In this document: positions 18,665 through 25,668 of the stretch, piece by piece
How the letters are laid out: every line of letters begins with the position of its first letter
Numbering within the stretch: position 1 is the stretch's first letter
IMG/VR virus record: IMGVR_UViG_3300046832_000883
Location: 1 to 39,839 of that record
DNA: 39,839 nucleotides
Strand: one strand, 5' to 3'
Source: a virus
Lineage: Duplodnaviria; Caudoviricetes
The notes under the pieces: model-generated
Databases searched by the model: none
Told to the model about the DNA's origin: nothing
The model's input: the letters and a program-made list of their open reading frames with translations, nothing else
Made by a program: the position numbers and the translations under genes

Positions 18665-19130
18665 CTCCTTGAAGTCTGATTGCGATTCCTTTTAGTACTC
18701 GCTCAATTATTTGGTTTTCTACATTTGTCATTTTGTCTTCAATGACTTTTGTTATTTTGTCATTGAATTGTTCTGAGTTTGTAATTACAATCAGCGAAGC
18801 ATCTACGATGTTTGCTATTTTTCTTGCTGGTATTTTTGTTGCGAGTACATCCATGTCAATTTCATCTACCAAGTCTGAGAGAATGTCTCCTCTGGACACT
18901 CTTTCTGCGATGTCATCGTAGTCGATGTTGTCTTGTACTTTGAAGATGATGTCTTCTGTTACTTCTTTGATGAATGTATTATCATTTTTTAGGTCTGAAA
19001 TGATTTTGTCTACATCTACTGAGTTTTTGATGATATCTTCTAATGATTCATCAAAGAGTGTTCGTAGTTGTGTTGGTGTGATTGTTACATCAAACTCTAG
19101 TGATTCTGAATTTAGTCTTAGTTTTGGCAT
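18651..19130 (-). CDS. Acidic helical-repeat hypothetical protein
   Basis: 159 aa with repeated VDVDKI/IDYDDIA/IDMDVLA units; TAATG coupling. Confidence 0.7.
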   Translation of the reverse strand: MPKLRLNSESLEFDVTITPTQLRTLFDESLEDIIKNSVDVDKIISDLKNDNTFIKEVTEDIIFKVQDNIDYDDIAERVSRGDILSDLVDEIDMDVLATKIPARKIANIVDASLIVITNSEQFNDKITKVIEDKMTNVENQIIERVLKGIAIRLQGGADV

Positions 19131-20086
19131 TAGATTTCTTCCTTGTCTATGTCGTTTATGTTTATGATTTTTTCTAGTTCATGCCAGCATGTGCACATTG
19201 TTTGCTCGTCTCCGCAATACAGGCAAGCCCTACAGAATGAACAGTTGGTATGAATTATTTCTATTTCTTTTTTGATTATGTCTTGGTGTCCGCAGGTATA
19301 GCAATTTACGCTTAGGCGTCCATCGCTTACTTGTTCTATGTACATTTGCATCTTGCTGTCTGCTTCTTCGAAGATGTCGTCGATGAGCCAGTTTTCTTCT
19401 GCGTATATGTTGTCGTATTCGTATGCTTTCTTTTGTTCGTCGTACACAGAGTAACTGTAATTGTCTTTGTGCGACCAACCTGATGAGTATGGGTACGCTG
19501 ATTCTTGCCAAGCTCTGTAGTCAAATGTTGATTTGACATACGATTTGTTTGACCACCACATGTTTTCGTCCCAGTGTCCTAGTTCCTGATTGACGATGTA
19601 CCAGTTGTATAACGCATCTTCGTTGTTGGTTAGGAATACTAGTTTGTTGCCTCCTGCCCATTTCTCGAATTTTGTGTAGTACTCGTCATCGTCTAACGCT
19701 GTAATACCGCCGATAGATGGCATGATTTCTGTTGCGAATACTTTTGTATCGCTACGCTTGTCATTGAGTTCTATCTTGACCGGCAGTATTCCGTTGTGAC
19801 CAACAACGGAATTAGGGTCATCACCTAGTGTGAATGGATGACAGTTGTCAATTGTCTCTGAACCGTGCGTTGCCCACCTGAAGTGGAACATTGCAGGGCC
19901 CTTGTGCTTTTCTCGTTTGTCGAGGAAGTCATTCATTACTTCTGAGAATTTCATTGAATGACCTTTGATGATTGTTTTTGATTCTAGAATTGCGAATCCA
20001 AATCCGTCAGGATTCTGGATTGCTGCTTCAGAAAAGCGTTCTAGGTTTGGTGTTACATCTTCTGGCATGAATGTCAATAGACACAT
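19130..20086 (-). CDS. Class II (Ntn) glutamine amidotransferase
   Basis: Start Met-Cys (MCLL) with AAGGAG RBS; NPDGFG, HFRWATHG, NCHPF, HNG and SDT motifs; C-terminal Cys cluster. Confidence 0.92.
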   Translation of the reverse strand: MCLLTFMPEDVTPNLERFSEAAIQNPDGFGFAILESKTIIKGHSMKFSEVMNDFLDKREKHKGPAMFHFRWATHGSETIDNCHPFTLGDDPNSVVGHNGILPVKIELNDKRSDTKVFATEIMPSIGGITALDDDEYYTKFEKWAGGNKLVFLTNNEDALYNWYIVNQELGHWDENMWWSNKSYVKSTFDYRAWQESAYPYSSGWSHKDNYSYSVYDEQKKAYEYDNIYAEENWLIDDIFEEADSKMQMYIEQVSDGRLSVNCYTCGHQDIIKKEIEIIHTNCSFCRACLYCGDEQTMCTCWHELEKIININDIDKEEI

Positions 20087-21147
20087 TATTGTCTCCTTAA
20101 TGAGTGGCATCGCAATTCAATTCGGTCAGAGAGTGCTTGGTAGTTGTTACCTTTTGCTTTTACATAGTCTCTGAATGAAATGAATGTCAATGCGTTCTGT
20201 TTTAGTATTTCGTTTGTTGTTATTAGCTCTGTGTAGTTGAACAGTGCATCGCACAATTCGAGGGATGCGATAACTGTGTTTACTTTGAGTGATGGTTTGA
20301 ATAGCCGAAGTTCTACTGTTTTTTCTGGTTGTAGATTTACTGCCACTCCTCGTGTCATGTTTACTGACTCGCCTTTGACCATTTTTCCGAGGCTTGTTCC
20401 TCGCATTCTTTTCCTGTTTTCTATGTCGTAGTCTCTTTCGTCATCATCGTCGTAGTCAGACCAATCGATTCTGCTATTGAGGAATCGTTCAATGTCGTAA
20501 CTAGCGTAGTTGTGACTTTCTCGTCCTGAGAACTCTACGAATTGTTCTTTGTTTTTGTAAACAAAGGCAAGAAATTTGAATAGATGCTTGTCATCTAGGA
20601 ACGCTTTTTTGTTCATGTGGATGTGCAACCCACATGTACTGGTGTTCCATGCTTCGAATTTGTATCTTGCTAGGTTTGATATTGCTTGCCAGTTGAAATG
20701 GTTTTTGTAATACTCAAGCGTTCCTGGGTGTGAAACGATTTCGAATCCTGAGTACAGCGAAGAGTCTGATTTGATATAAATCTTTTCTTCTCTGTCTTGT
20801 TCGTTTACTTGTTCTAGTATTTTTTCTGCTATCTCCCATGTGTTGTGTGGGCCTTTGTTTTCTGTTTCTAGCTCCATGCCCATAACTAGGCTTTCTCTGC
20901 CTTTTGATATTTGTGGCTGATATGCCCTTTCACCCGAATCAGACCAGAAGATTGTTCCTGGTTTGTAGCTGTAGTCGTGGATTGGTCCTTCTGACATTTC
21001 GTCGTCTCCTCTGTTTTCTTCCATGTGTTCTGAGTAGTGTTGTTCGCAGTACAACTCTTCGTCGATTTCACTTCTCATTAGTTGGTCGTCTTCATCTGTT
21101 ACTGTGCACCTGTACCAGTTGCATGTACTTATGTATTCTTCAGGCAT
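20086..21147 (-). CDS. Putative amidoligase (COOH-NH2 ligase)
   Basis: GMELETE, KSDSSL, GFEIVSHP, TCGLHIH, AVNL and TVELRLFK motifs; coupled to the GATase. Confidence 0.88.
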   Translation of the reverse strand: MPEEYISTCNWYRCTVTDEDDQLMRSEIDEELYCEQHYSEHMEENRGDDEMSEGPIHDYSYKPGTIFWSDSGERAYQPQISKGRESLVMGMELETENKGPHNTWEIAEKILEQVNEQDREEKIYIKSDSSLYSGFEIVSHPGTLEYYKNHFNWQAISNLARYKFEAWNTSTCGLHIHMNKKAFLDDKHLFKFLAFVYKNKEQFVEFSGRESHNYASYDIERFLNSRIDWSDYDDDDERDYDIENRKRMRGTSLGKMVKGESVNMTRGVAVNLQPEKTVELRLFKPSLKVNTVIASLELCDALFNYTELITTNEILKQNALTFISFRDYVKAKGNNYQALSDRIELRCHSLRRQ

Positions 21148-21388
21148 AAATGTCTCCTTGTTCTGTTCGGATTGCTACTCCGTCTTTCCACATAACTTGT
21201 GGGAATAGCTTGAATATGTTTCCTAATGCATTGAATGTGTGGTAGCAGTTATCGCTGCTGTAGAACGTTGTTATTGCTGTAGTTTTTTCGTTGTCATCCG
21301 ATGTAATAGTCATTGTCATGACTCGTCCATTGGCTGTTATTTCTGTAACTTTTCCGTACATGTATTTCCTTTCCGTTGTTGTGGTCAT
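21140..21388 (-). CDS. Hypothetical early protein
   Basis: Likely start MTTTTERKY with ATGA overlap; A-rich codon use like its neighbours. Confidence 0.6.
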   Translation of the reverse strand: MTTTTERKYMYGKVTEITANGRVMTMTITSDDNEKTTAITTFYSSDNCYHTFNALGNIFKLFPQVMWKDGVAIRTEQGDIYA

Positions 21389-21585
21389 TTCCAACGCCCG
21401 AGGGACGAGGCGTTGGAAATGGACACAAACATTGTGAGTTTCCATCCGAACTGCTTGAAGGCCCCCATCCGAGAAATCTTCAACTGGGTGTCGGTAATGT
21501 TTTGACCTGGTGTTGGTGTTGACGATTTCGACTTGTCGAAATGAGTAGGCAAGGGCAATTTCGCTTGCGAAATAATGCGTAGCAT
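21385..21585 (-). CDS. Hypothetical early protein (MLRIISQAK...)
   Basis: AAGGAG RBS 5 nt before the ATG; its stop overlaps the next start. Confidence 0.45.
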   Translation of the reverse strand: MLRIISQAKLPLPTHFDKSKSSTPTPGQNITDTQLKISRMGAFKQFGWKLTMFVSISNASSLGRWK

Positions 21586-21606
21586 GGTGCTCCTTGCGTT
21601 GGGGGT

Positions 21607-21637
21607 GAACCCACTCTCTCGAAGAGAGAGTGGGTTC
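21607..21637. other. Perfect 14-bp inverted repeat with GAA loop
   Basis: GAACCCACTCTCTC-GAA-GAGAGAGTGGGTTC, intergenic. Confidence 0.8.
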
Positions 21638-21653
21638 GGTGTTTGCTTGGGTG

Positions 21654-22061
21654 TCAAGCGGATACTGACGAGCCAATCTTTCGTACTGGGTCTGTGACTT
21701 GAACATTCTCAAGGTTCAGTACTACTTGAAGGCGTGGAAAGGCGTGTTCACGAACCTCGCCTGTCTGCTTGTCTGTCCATGTGTACTCAATCTCGTACTC
21801 ATTGCCCTCAGGGTTGATTGCTACCGTAGGTAGTTGTGTCAAGCCAAGTTGAGTACCTCGTGAGATACCGCCAAGTTGTGCGATGGCAGAGTCCAGCAAG
21901 AATGTCTCAAACTGGATTCCCTGGCTGTTCGTGTAGAAACGAACATAAGCGCCCTTGGCTGTCTTGTTGATGTTGATTACCGCAAGGGTAATAACAACGA
22001 CTGGTTCGATGACGGTCGTGGCTGAAGCCTTCGCCGTCTTGGTCTTTGTTGATGTGGTCAT
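21654..22061 (-). CDS. Hypothetical early protein (beta-rich)
   Basis: 135 aa, GAAAGG RBS, C-ending codon use. Confidence 0.75.
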   Translation of the reverse strand: MTTSTKTKTAKASATTVIEPVVVITLAVININKTAKGAYVRFYTNSQGIQFETFLLDSAIAQLGGISRGTQLGLTQLPTVAINPEGNEYEIEYTWTDKQTGEVREHAFPRLQVVLNLENVQVTDPVRKIGSSVSA

Positions 22062-22126
22062 GATGACCTTTCTGTGGCTATAACGCCACTTTGTTTTTTT
22101 TGTTTATTTTTGTATTCGTGTGGGGT

Positions 22127-22165
22127 GTTTCCCTTGCCCCACGCACCAGCGGGGGCAAGGGAAAC
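22127..22165. other. 14-bp inverted repeat
   Basis: GTTTCCCTTGCCCC-N11-GGGGCAAGGGAAAC, intergenic. Confidence 0.8.
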
Positions 22166-22169
22166 CTTG

Positions 22170-22463
22170 TTATTTGACTGATACCCATCTTGGTGGGTAA
22201 CTGACCCTCCAGGTTGGAAGGCCGTCTGTATTTTCCTGAGGATATCTATCCTCGGTGTAGTCATCGTCTTGCTCGTTACAGGGCAAGGCAATGTCTCCAT
22301 CGTGATTTATGAGGAAAGAATTGTCTCTCTCCATGTCCTTACGATGAAGCCTTATCTCCTCGTCATCGTCCTCGTCTAAACCATCAAGAATTTCCTGATG
22401 CTTTAGCGAAGTGCCGAGGTAGAACTTGTTGGGATTCACGGAAACCCAACGGGGTTCTGTCAT
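22170..22463 (-). CDS. Acidic hypothetical early protein
   Basis: Start MTEPRWVSV with AGGAG RBS. Confidence 0.65.
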   Translation of the reverse strand: MTEPRWVSVNPNKFYLGTSLKHQEILDGLDEDDDEEIRLHRKDMERDNSFLINHDGDIALPCNEQDDDYTEDRYPQENTDGLPTWRVSYPPRWVSVK

Positions 22464-22489
22464 GTTATTCTCCTGTCTGTTCGGGGTGC

Positions 22490-22523
22490 GTTGCTTGGGT
22501 CGCACGAAGTAGACCCAAGCAAC
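22490..22523. other. 12-bp inverted repeat
   Basis: GTTGCTTGGGTC-GCACGAAGTA-GACCCAAGCAAC, intergenic. Confidence 0.8.
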
Positions 22524-22536
22524 ACGCCACTTGTGA

Positions 22537-22689
22537 TTAGAGTTGTGCTACCCACATGTTGGACATGAAGGATATTACAACATAGCCAATGAACATAAAC
22601 GCCAAGAATATGATGACGGTTATTTGGAAGTCGCTTCTGCGCTTCGATGGCGTCAGCCAGCGAAGCACGGCTCGTTCAATCCTGTTCAT
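22537..22689 (-). CDS. Small membrane protein
   Basis: MNRIERAVLRW...ITVIIFLAFMFIGYVVISF with one TM helix; ATGA coupling. Confidence 0.6.
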   Translation of the reverse strand: MNRIERAVLRWLTPSKRRSDFQITVIIFLAFMFIGYVVISFMSNMWVAQL

Positions 22690-22901
22690 ACTCGGATAAG
22701 TGGGCGTGTTGTTCCAGCGACCACTACCTCGTTGATGTTCTTGATAATGATGTTCCAAGTTGCGCACAAGTCTGACGCTTGTTGTTCGCTTAGACACGCA
22801 ATATCGGTTATCAAACTGTCGCTTGAATCACCAGTTGGTGAACTTAGCCACAATTGAATGGACGGGCCTCGTTGAAGGCATGCCACGGGTAAACCTTTCA
22901 T
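22686..22901 (-). CDS. Hypothetical early protein
   Basis: 71 aa with an AGGT RBS-like sequence; coupled to the next gene. Confidence 0.6.
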   Translation of the reverse strand: MKGLPVACLQRGPSIQLWLSSPTGDSSDSLITDIACLSEQQASDLCATWNIIIKNINEVVVAGTTRPLIRV

Positions 22902-22950
22902 AACTACCTACTTTCGTTGTTGTGTATATCTACCCAAGGTGGGTAATTGG

Positions 22951-22980
22951 ACGCACGAGACAGGGGATTATCCCGTGCGC
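22951..22980 (-). other. 12-bp hairpin (G-U pairs favour the - strand RNA)
   Basis: - strand GCGCACGGGAUA-AUCCCC-UGUCUCGUGCGU, intergenic. Confidence 0.6.
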
Positions 22981-22996
22981 CCTCAACTAACCTTGT

Positions 22997-23209
22997 TTAG
23001 TCCTCCTGTTCGCCAGACAACCACGGCATATTACCAACGAGGAACTCGTTGATAATTGCTGTGACTTGCTCCGTCGTGCCGTCGAAGACGGCTTGTAGGT
23101 CGTCCTGAAGCTTGTCCAACGCAATCTTGTTGTGATGAACCTTGATGAGCTCGTCGTCATCAACCTCGGATGAGGTTGTATACAACTCCTCAAAGTCTGG
23201 GTCTATCAT
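22997..23209 (-). CDS. Highly acidic first early protein
   Basis: 70 aa, Asp/Glu-rich, AAGGGA RBS; first gene of the leftward arm. Confidence 0.7.
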   Translation of the reverse strand: MIDPDFEELYTTSSEVDDDELIKVHHNKIALDKLQDDLQAVFDGTTEQVTAIINEFLVGNMPWLSGEQED

Positions 23210-23648
23210 GTCGTTTCCCTTCTGTTAGCAAAGAGGAAGATGTCCTCCCGTAGCCACGAAGTTATTTCTTGGCTCAAATGGGTTGCCAAGAAATAACGAT
23301 TTTGTTTGGGGTTTGACCTGGTGTTTGGGGTTCGGGCGCGGTTCGCTAGGGCAACTAACGAGGCGGTTGCGAGTTAGTTGCTTAGCGCCCGTGGCATAGG
23401 GTCGCACGCTCGAGGGGGGTTATCCGAATCTCGTACACGAGAGGCCCCTTGTCTTAGTCTCGAGGGGGCGCATGGCACTTAGGCTATGCGTAGCAAGGCG
23501 AAGCATGCCTAAGCAGGCACGGGGGGGTGTGGGGGGGGTACGGGTACTATGTAGTAGGGATGGTATCTGCTCAGGGCGAGAGCGTTACTACAAAAAGATA
23601 GGGGGGTACCTTTCGAATAGGGTACCTTAATTAAAAATAATATGAGAA
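23210..23648. other. Main non-coding region with several inverted repeats and G runs (candidate genome end / origin / early control region)
   Basis: Hairpins at 23261-23297, 23344-23387, 23429-23442, 23477-23513 and 23605-23626; G7 and G8 runs at 23521-23538. Confidence 0.6.
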
Positions 23649-23885
23649 CTATCTGTAGTTTTTGGTCTTCTGTGCAATCTTGGGTGGCTGTTTAACGAAT
23701 TGCCTGCCTGCTTTGTTGCCTTTGGACTTAGCCCTGTTTGTGGCTGCTTTTTCTGCAGGAGTTAAAGCATTCCAAGCGGCTTCTGGAAGATAACGTTTTT
23801 TACCTTTGGACGGTTTTCCGTCAGATGTCTTCCATTTTTGGTTTGTCCAGCTTTTTAGTGACTGTTGAGGTTTGGCAAGAGCCAT
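23649..23885 (-). CDS. Small basic protein (resembles the C-terminal half of DUF5872)
   Basis: QSLKSWTNQKW...RYLPEAAW...QFVKQP; Lys-rich; TAATG-coupled. Confidence 0.8.
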   Translation of the reverse strand: MALAKPQQSLKSWTNQKWKTSDGKPSKGKKRYLPEAAWNALTPAEKAATNRAKSKGNKAGRQFVKQPPKIAQKTKNYR

Positions 23886-24070
23886 TACTTGTATCCTCCG
23901 CCAGCTTTTTTGTATTGGCTGGCAAGCAACTGGGCCTTACGGGCTGACCATTCTCCTGGGTCTCCACCTTTTGTTCCTGCTTTAATTTTTTTGAAGAGTC
24001 CTGCTCGCATTCCTGGCTTGGTGTAGTTGCCAGCAGCGTTTACTTTGGATTTGGTTTTTTTGGTTGCCAT
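23885..24070 (-). CDS. Small basic protein (resembles the N-terminal half of DUF5872)
   Basis: NYTKPGMR...GEWSARKAQLLASQYKKAGGGY; TAATG-coupled. Confidence 0.8.
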   Translation of the reverse strand: MATKKTKSKVNAAGNYTKPGMRAGLFKKIKAGTKGGDPGEWSARKAQLLASQYKKAGGGYK

Positions 24071-24324
24071 TAGCAATCCCACTTTCTTAGTGCCAACGCC
24101 TTGCGGGTTGGCTTGCCGTTTGGTTTCTTCATTGGTCCAGGCATTCCACCCATTCGGGCACAGAATGATTTGCGACGTGCAGCAGATTTGGGTGATTTGG
24201 CAGCTTGTTTAGCGGAGACTGGTGGCTTTAGGGTTCCTTTGGTGTACGAGGCTCGACCTTTGGCGTTAAGACCCCCTTTGGGGTTCTTTCCTTCTTTGCG
24301 TGTCCATGCAGGTGTTTTGGCCAT
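24070..24324 (-). CDS. Small basic protein (resembles DUF6321)
   Basis: KNPKGGLNAKGR...RRKSFCARM...ALRKWDC. Confidence 0.8.
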   Translation of the reverse strand: MAKTPAWTRKEGKNPKGGLNAKGRASYTKGTLKPPVSAKQAAKSPKSAARRKSFCARMGGMPGPMKKPNGKPTRKALALRKWDC

Positions 24325-24446
24325 TACCGTTTCTTAACTTTCTTATTTGCTTTTGGTGCTGGTACACAGTTGGGAACCATTTTGTTTCCGAGTTTTTTCA
24401 TTCCCTTTTGTACGTACCCTTCCCAGCATGGTCCTTGCTTTGCCAT
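24324..24446 (-). CDS. Small basic protein (40 aa, MAKQGPCWEGYVQKGMKKLGNKMVPNCVP...), not in ORF track
   Basis: GAGGA RBS, TAATG coupling, CWEGY...VPNCVP motif. Confidence 0.75.
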   Translation of the reverse strand: MAKQGPCWEGYVQKGMKKLGNKMVPNCVPAPKANKKVKKR

Positions 24447-24554
24447 TGTTCCTCAATTCTGTGCTACAGCAATCACCGCAGGTGATTGCGTATCTCTTAC
24501 TAGGGGCAGTTTGTTCCGCTCTTGGGTCGCTATCAGGGTTCCGCTCCCCCCTGC

Positions 24555-24576
24555 TACTGTTACATTAGTTCGTTAC
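24555..24576 (-). promoter_or_regulatory. GTAAC-box putative late promoter (leftward)
   Basis: - strand GTAACGAACTAATGTAACAGT-A, with the same TA at positions 15-16 and GT at 20-21 as the + strand copies. Confidence 0.6.
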
Positions 24577-24612
24577 CTAGCAGAGAGTGGTTGCACATTC
24601 ACTGAGAGTAGT

Positions 24613-24636
24613 GTAACGAATTGCTTTAGTTGTATG
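24613..24636 (+). promoter_or_regulatory. GTAAC-box putative late promoter (rightward)
   Basis: GTAACGAATTGCTTTAGTTGT-ATG; 21-nt spacing, no SD. Confidence 0.65.
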
Positions 24637-24774
24637 AAACCACGAAGAGCAGAGCCACTCCCAAACCCTAAACGAGATGGGAAAACAGGGGCAAAAATTT
24701 CAACTGATTTGCCTAGGCGACCAAAAGGTCCGCCCAGGAACAAGAAACCAAAAATTAAACCCTACGGTCAATGA
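24634..24774 (+). CDS. Small Lys/Arg/Pro-rich protein (46 aa, MKPRRAEPLPNPKRDGK...)
   Basis: Start defined by GTAAC-box spacing; ATGA overlap with terS. Confidence 0.6.
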   Translation: MKPRRAEPLPNPKRDGKTGAKISTDLPRRPKGPPRNKKPKIKPYGQ

Positions 24775-25208
24775 AACAAAACGAGGAACTTACTCTTTCT
24801 GCTCCTCAGCAGAGGTACCTGGATTGGTTGTGCACCGCTCCGTCGGAGCGTGTGCCAGCTTCTAAAGCCAAGTATGCGGTAGAGCACGTTGTTGATATAT
24901 CGACCCTTCGTCGTTGGGAGAAGAAGGAAGTCTTTCGTTCCCAGTGGAAGCAGCAGGTTGATGAGTTTCAGGGTTCTCCTGAGCGCACACAGCGTTTGCT
25001 GGACAACTTGTACAACAAGGCTCTGGAAGGTGATACCAAATCTGCTGAATTGTATTTGAAGGCTACGAATCGGATGGCACCGCCTTCCGTAACGATTAGC
25101 TCTAATAAGAAAGCGACGGAACTTACCGACGCTGAGTTGGACTCTTTGATTGCAGCTGTGGCTGAGCGTGAGAAGGCAAGTCGTTCACAGTTGAAGGTAG
25201 TCGTTTGA
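24771..25208 (+). CDS. terS: Terminase small subunit (HTH type)
   Basis: LSAPQQRYLDWL...ISTLRRWEK HTH, ALEGDTKSAELYL, ELTDAELDSLI; heads the late arm. Confidence 0.7.
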   Translation: MKQNEELTLSAPQQRYLDWLCTAPSERVPASKAKYAVEHVVDISTLRRWEKKEVFRSQWKQQVDEFQGSPERTQRLLDNLYNKALEGDTKSAELYLKATNRMAPPSVTISSNKKATELTDAELDSLIAAVAEREKASRSQLKVVV

Positions 25209-25339
25209 TTTTGGAAGAATGCACCACATGTGGCGAGGAGTACCCTCCAAAGTTGACTAACTGGGTTTGTCCAACGTGCGGTATCGATTACGGCATAAAG
25301 GTCTACGATTTGAAATGGGAGGACGATGACAACAACTAA
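25205..25339 (+). CDS. Small zinc-ribbon protein (44 aa), not in ORF track
   Basis: TTG start overlapping the terS stop; CTTC...CPTC. Confidence 0.6.
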   Translation: MILEECTTCGEEYPPKLTNWVCPTCGIDYGIKVYDLKWEDDDNN

Positions 25340-25643
25340 CGATGCGATGTTTGAAGCCCTTTCTGTTTCATACCCAGATTCTGGTCAGACCCTTGGTGAC
25401 TTGTTGTATGCGTTTTGGTCTGAAAAAGGCTTGCAGTACCGTGGAACCTTGGAGTATCAGTTTTATGTTGACGAGGGTGCTACTGGCACAACCTTGGGTG
25501 ACTTGGCCAATAGTTACTTTGTAGACATTTTTCCAATTCAGTTTGACATTGAGAACTTTGATTACGATGACTTTGAGGAGTGGCTAGAACTACAGGTATT
25601 TAACCGTTACGATACGGTTGAACAAGATATATTTACTATTTAG
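25326..25643 (+). CDS. Hypothetical acidic protein
   Basis: GGAGG RBS; internal repeat TLGDL. Confidence 0.7.
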   Translation: MTTTNDAMFEALSVSYPDSGQTLGDLLYAFWSEKGLQYRGTLEYQFYVDEGATGTTLGDLANSYFVDIFPIQFDIENFDYDDFEEWLELQVFNRYDTVEQDIFTI

Positions 25644-25668
25644 GTAACGACTTAGGAGAACATATATG
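25644..25668 (+). promoter_or_regulatory. GTAAC-box variant (22-nt spacing)
   Basis: GTAACGACTTAGGAGAACATAT-ATG; also contains an AGGAG SD. Confidence 0.45.

Noticed and set aside
21140-21712. 190-aa ORF from the track
   Set aside because: Its 5' part runs through a hairpin and overlaps two better-supported genes. The ATGA-coupled start at 21388 is more plausible.
23225-23407. 60-aa ORF, or tRNA-like genes, in the non-coding region
   Set aside because: No RBS, dominated by inverted repeats, and no cloverleaf with T-loop and acceptor stem found.
24370-24633. 5' extension of ORF 24370-24774
   Set aside because: It overlaps the opposite-strand gene, leader and both promoter boxes. Only the part from ATG 24634 looks coding.
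25089-25112. Other GTAAC(G) occurrences inside genes or without matching downstream bases (25089 +, 17613 -, 23588 -)
   Set aside because: No start codon at +22 and a poor match at positions 20-21; chance occurrence is likely.
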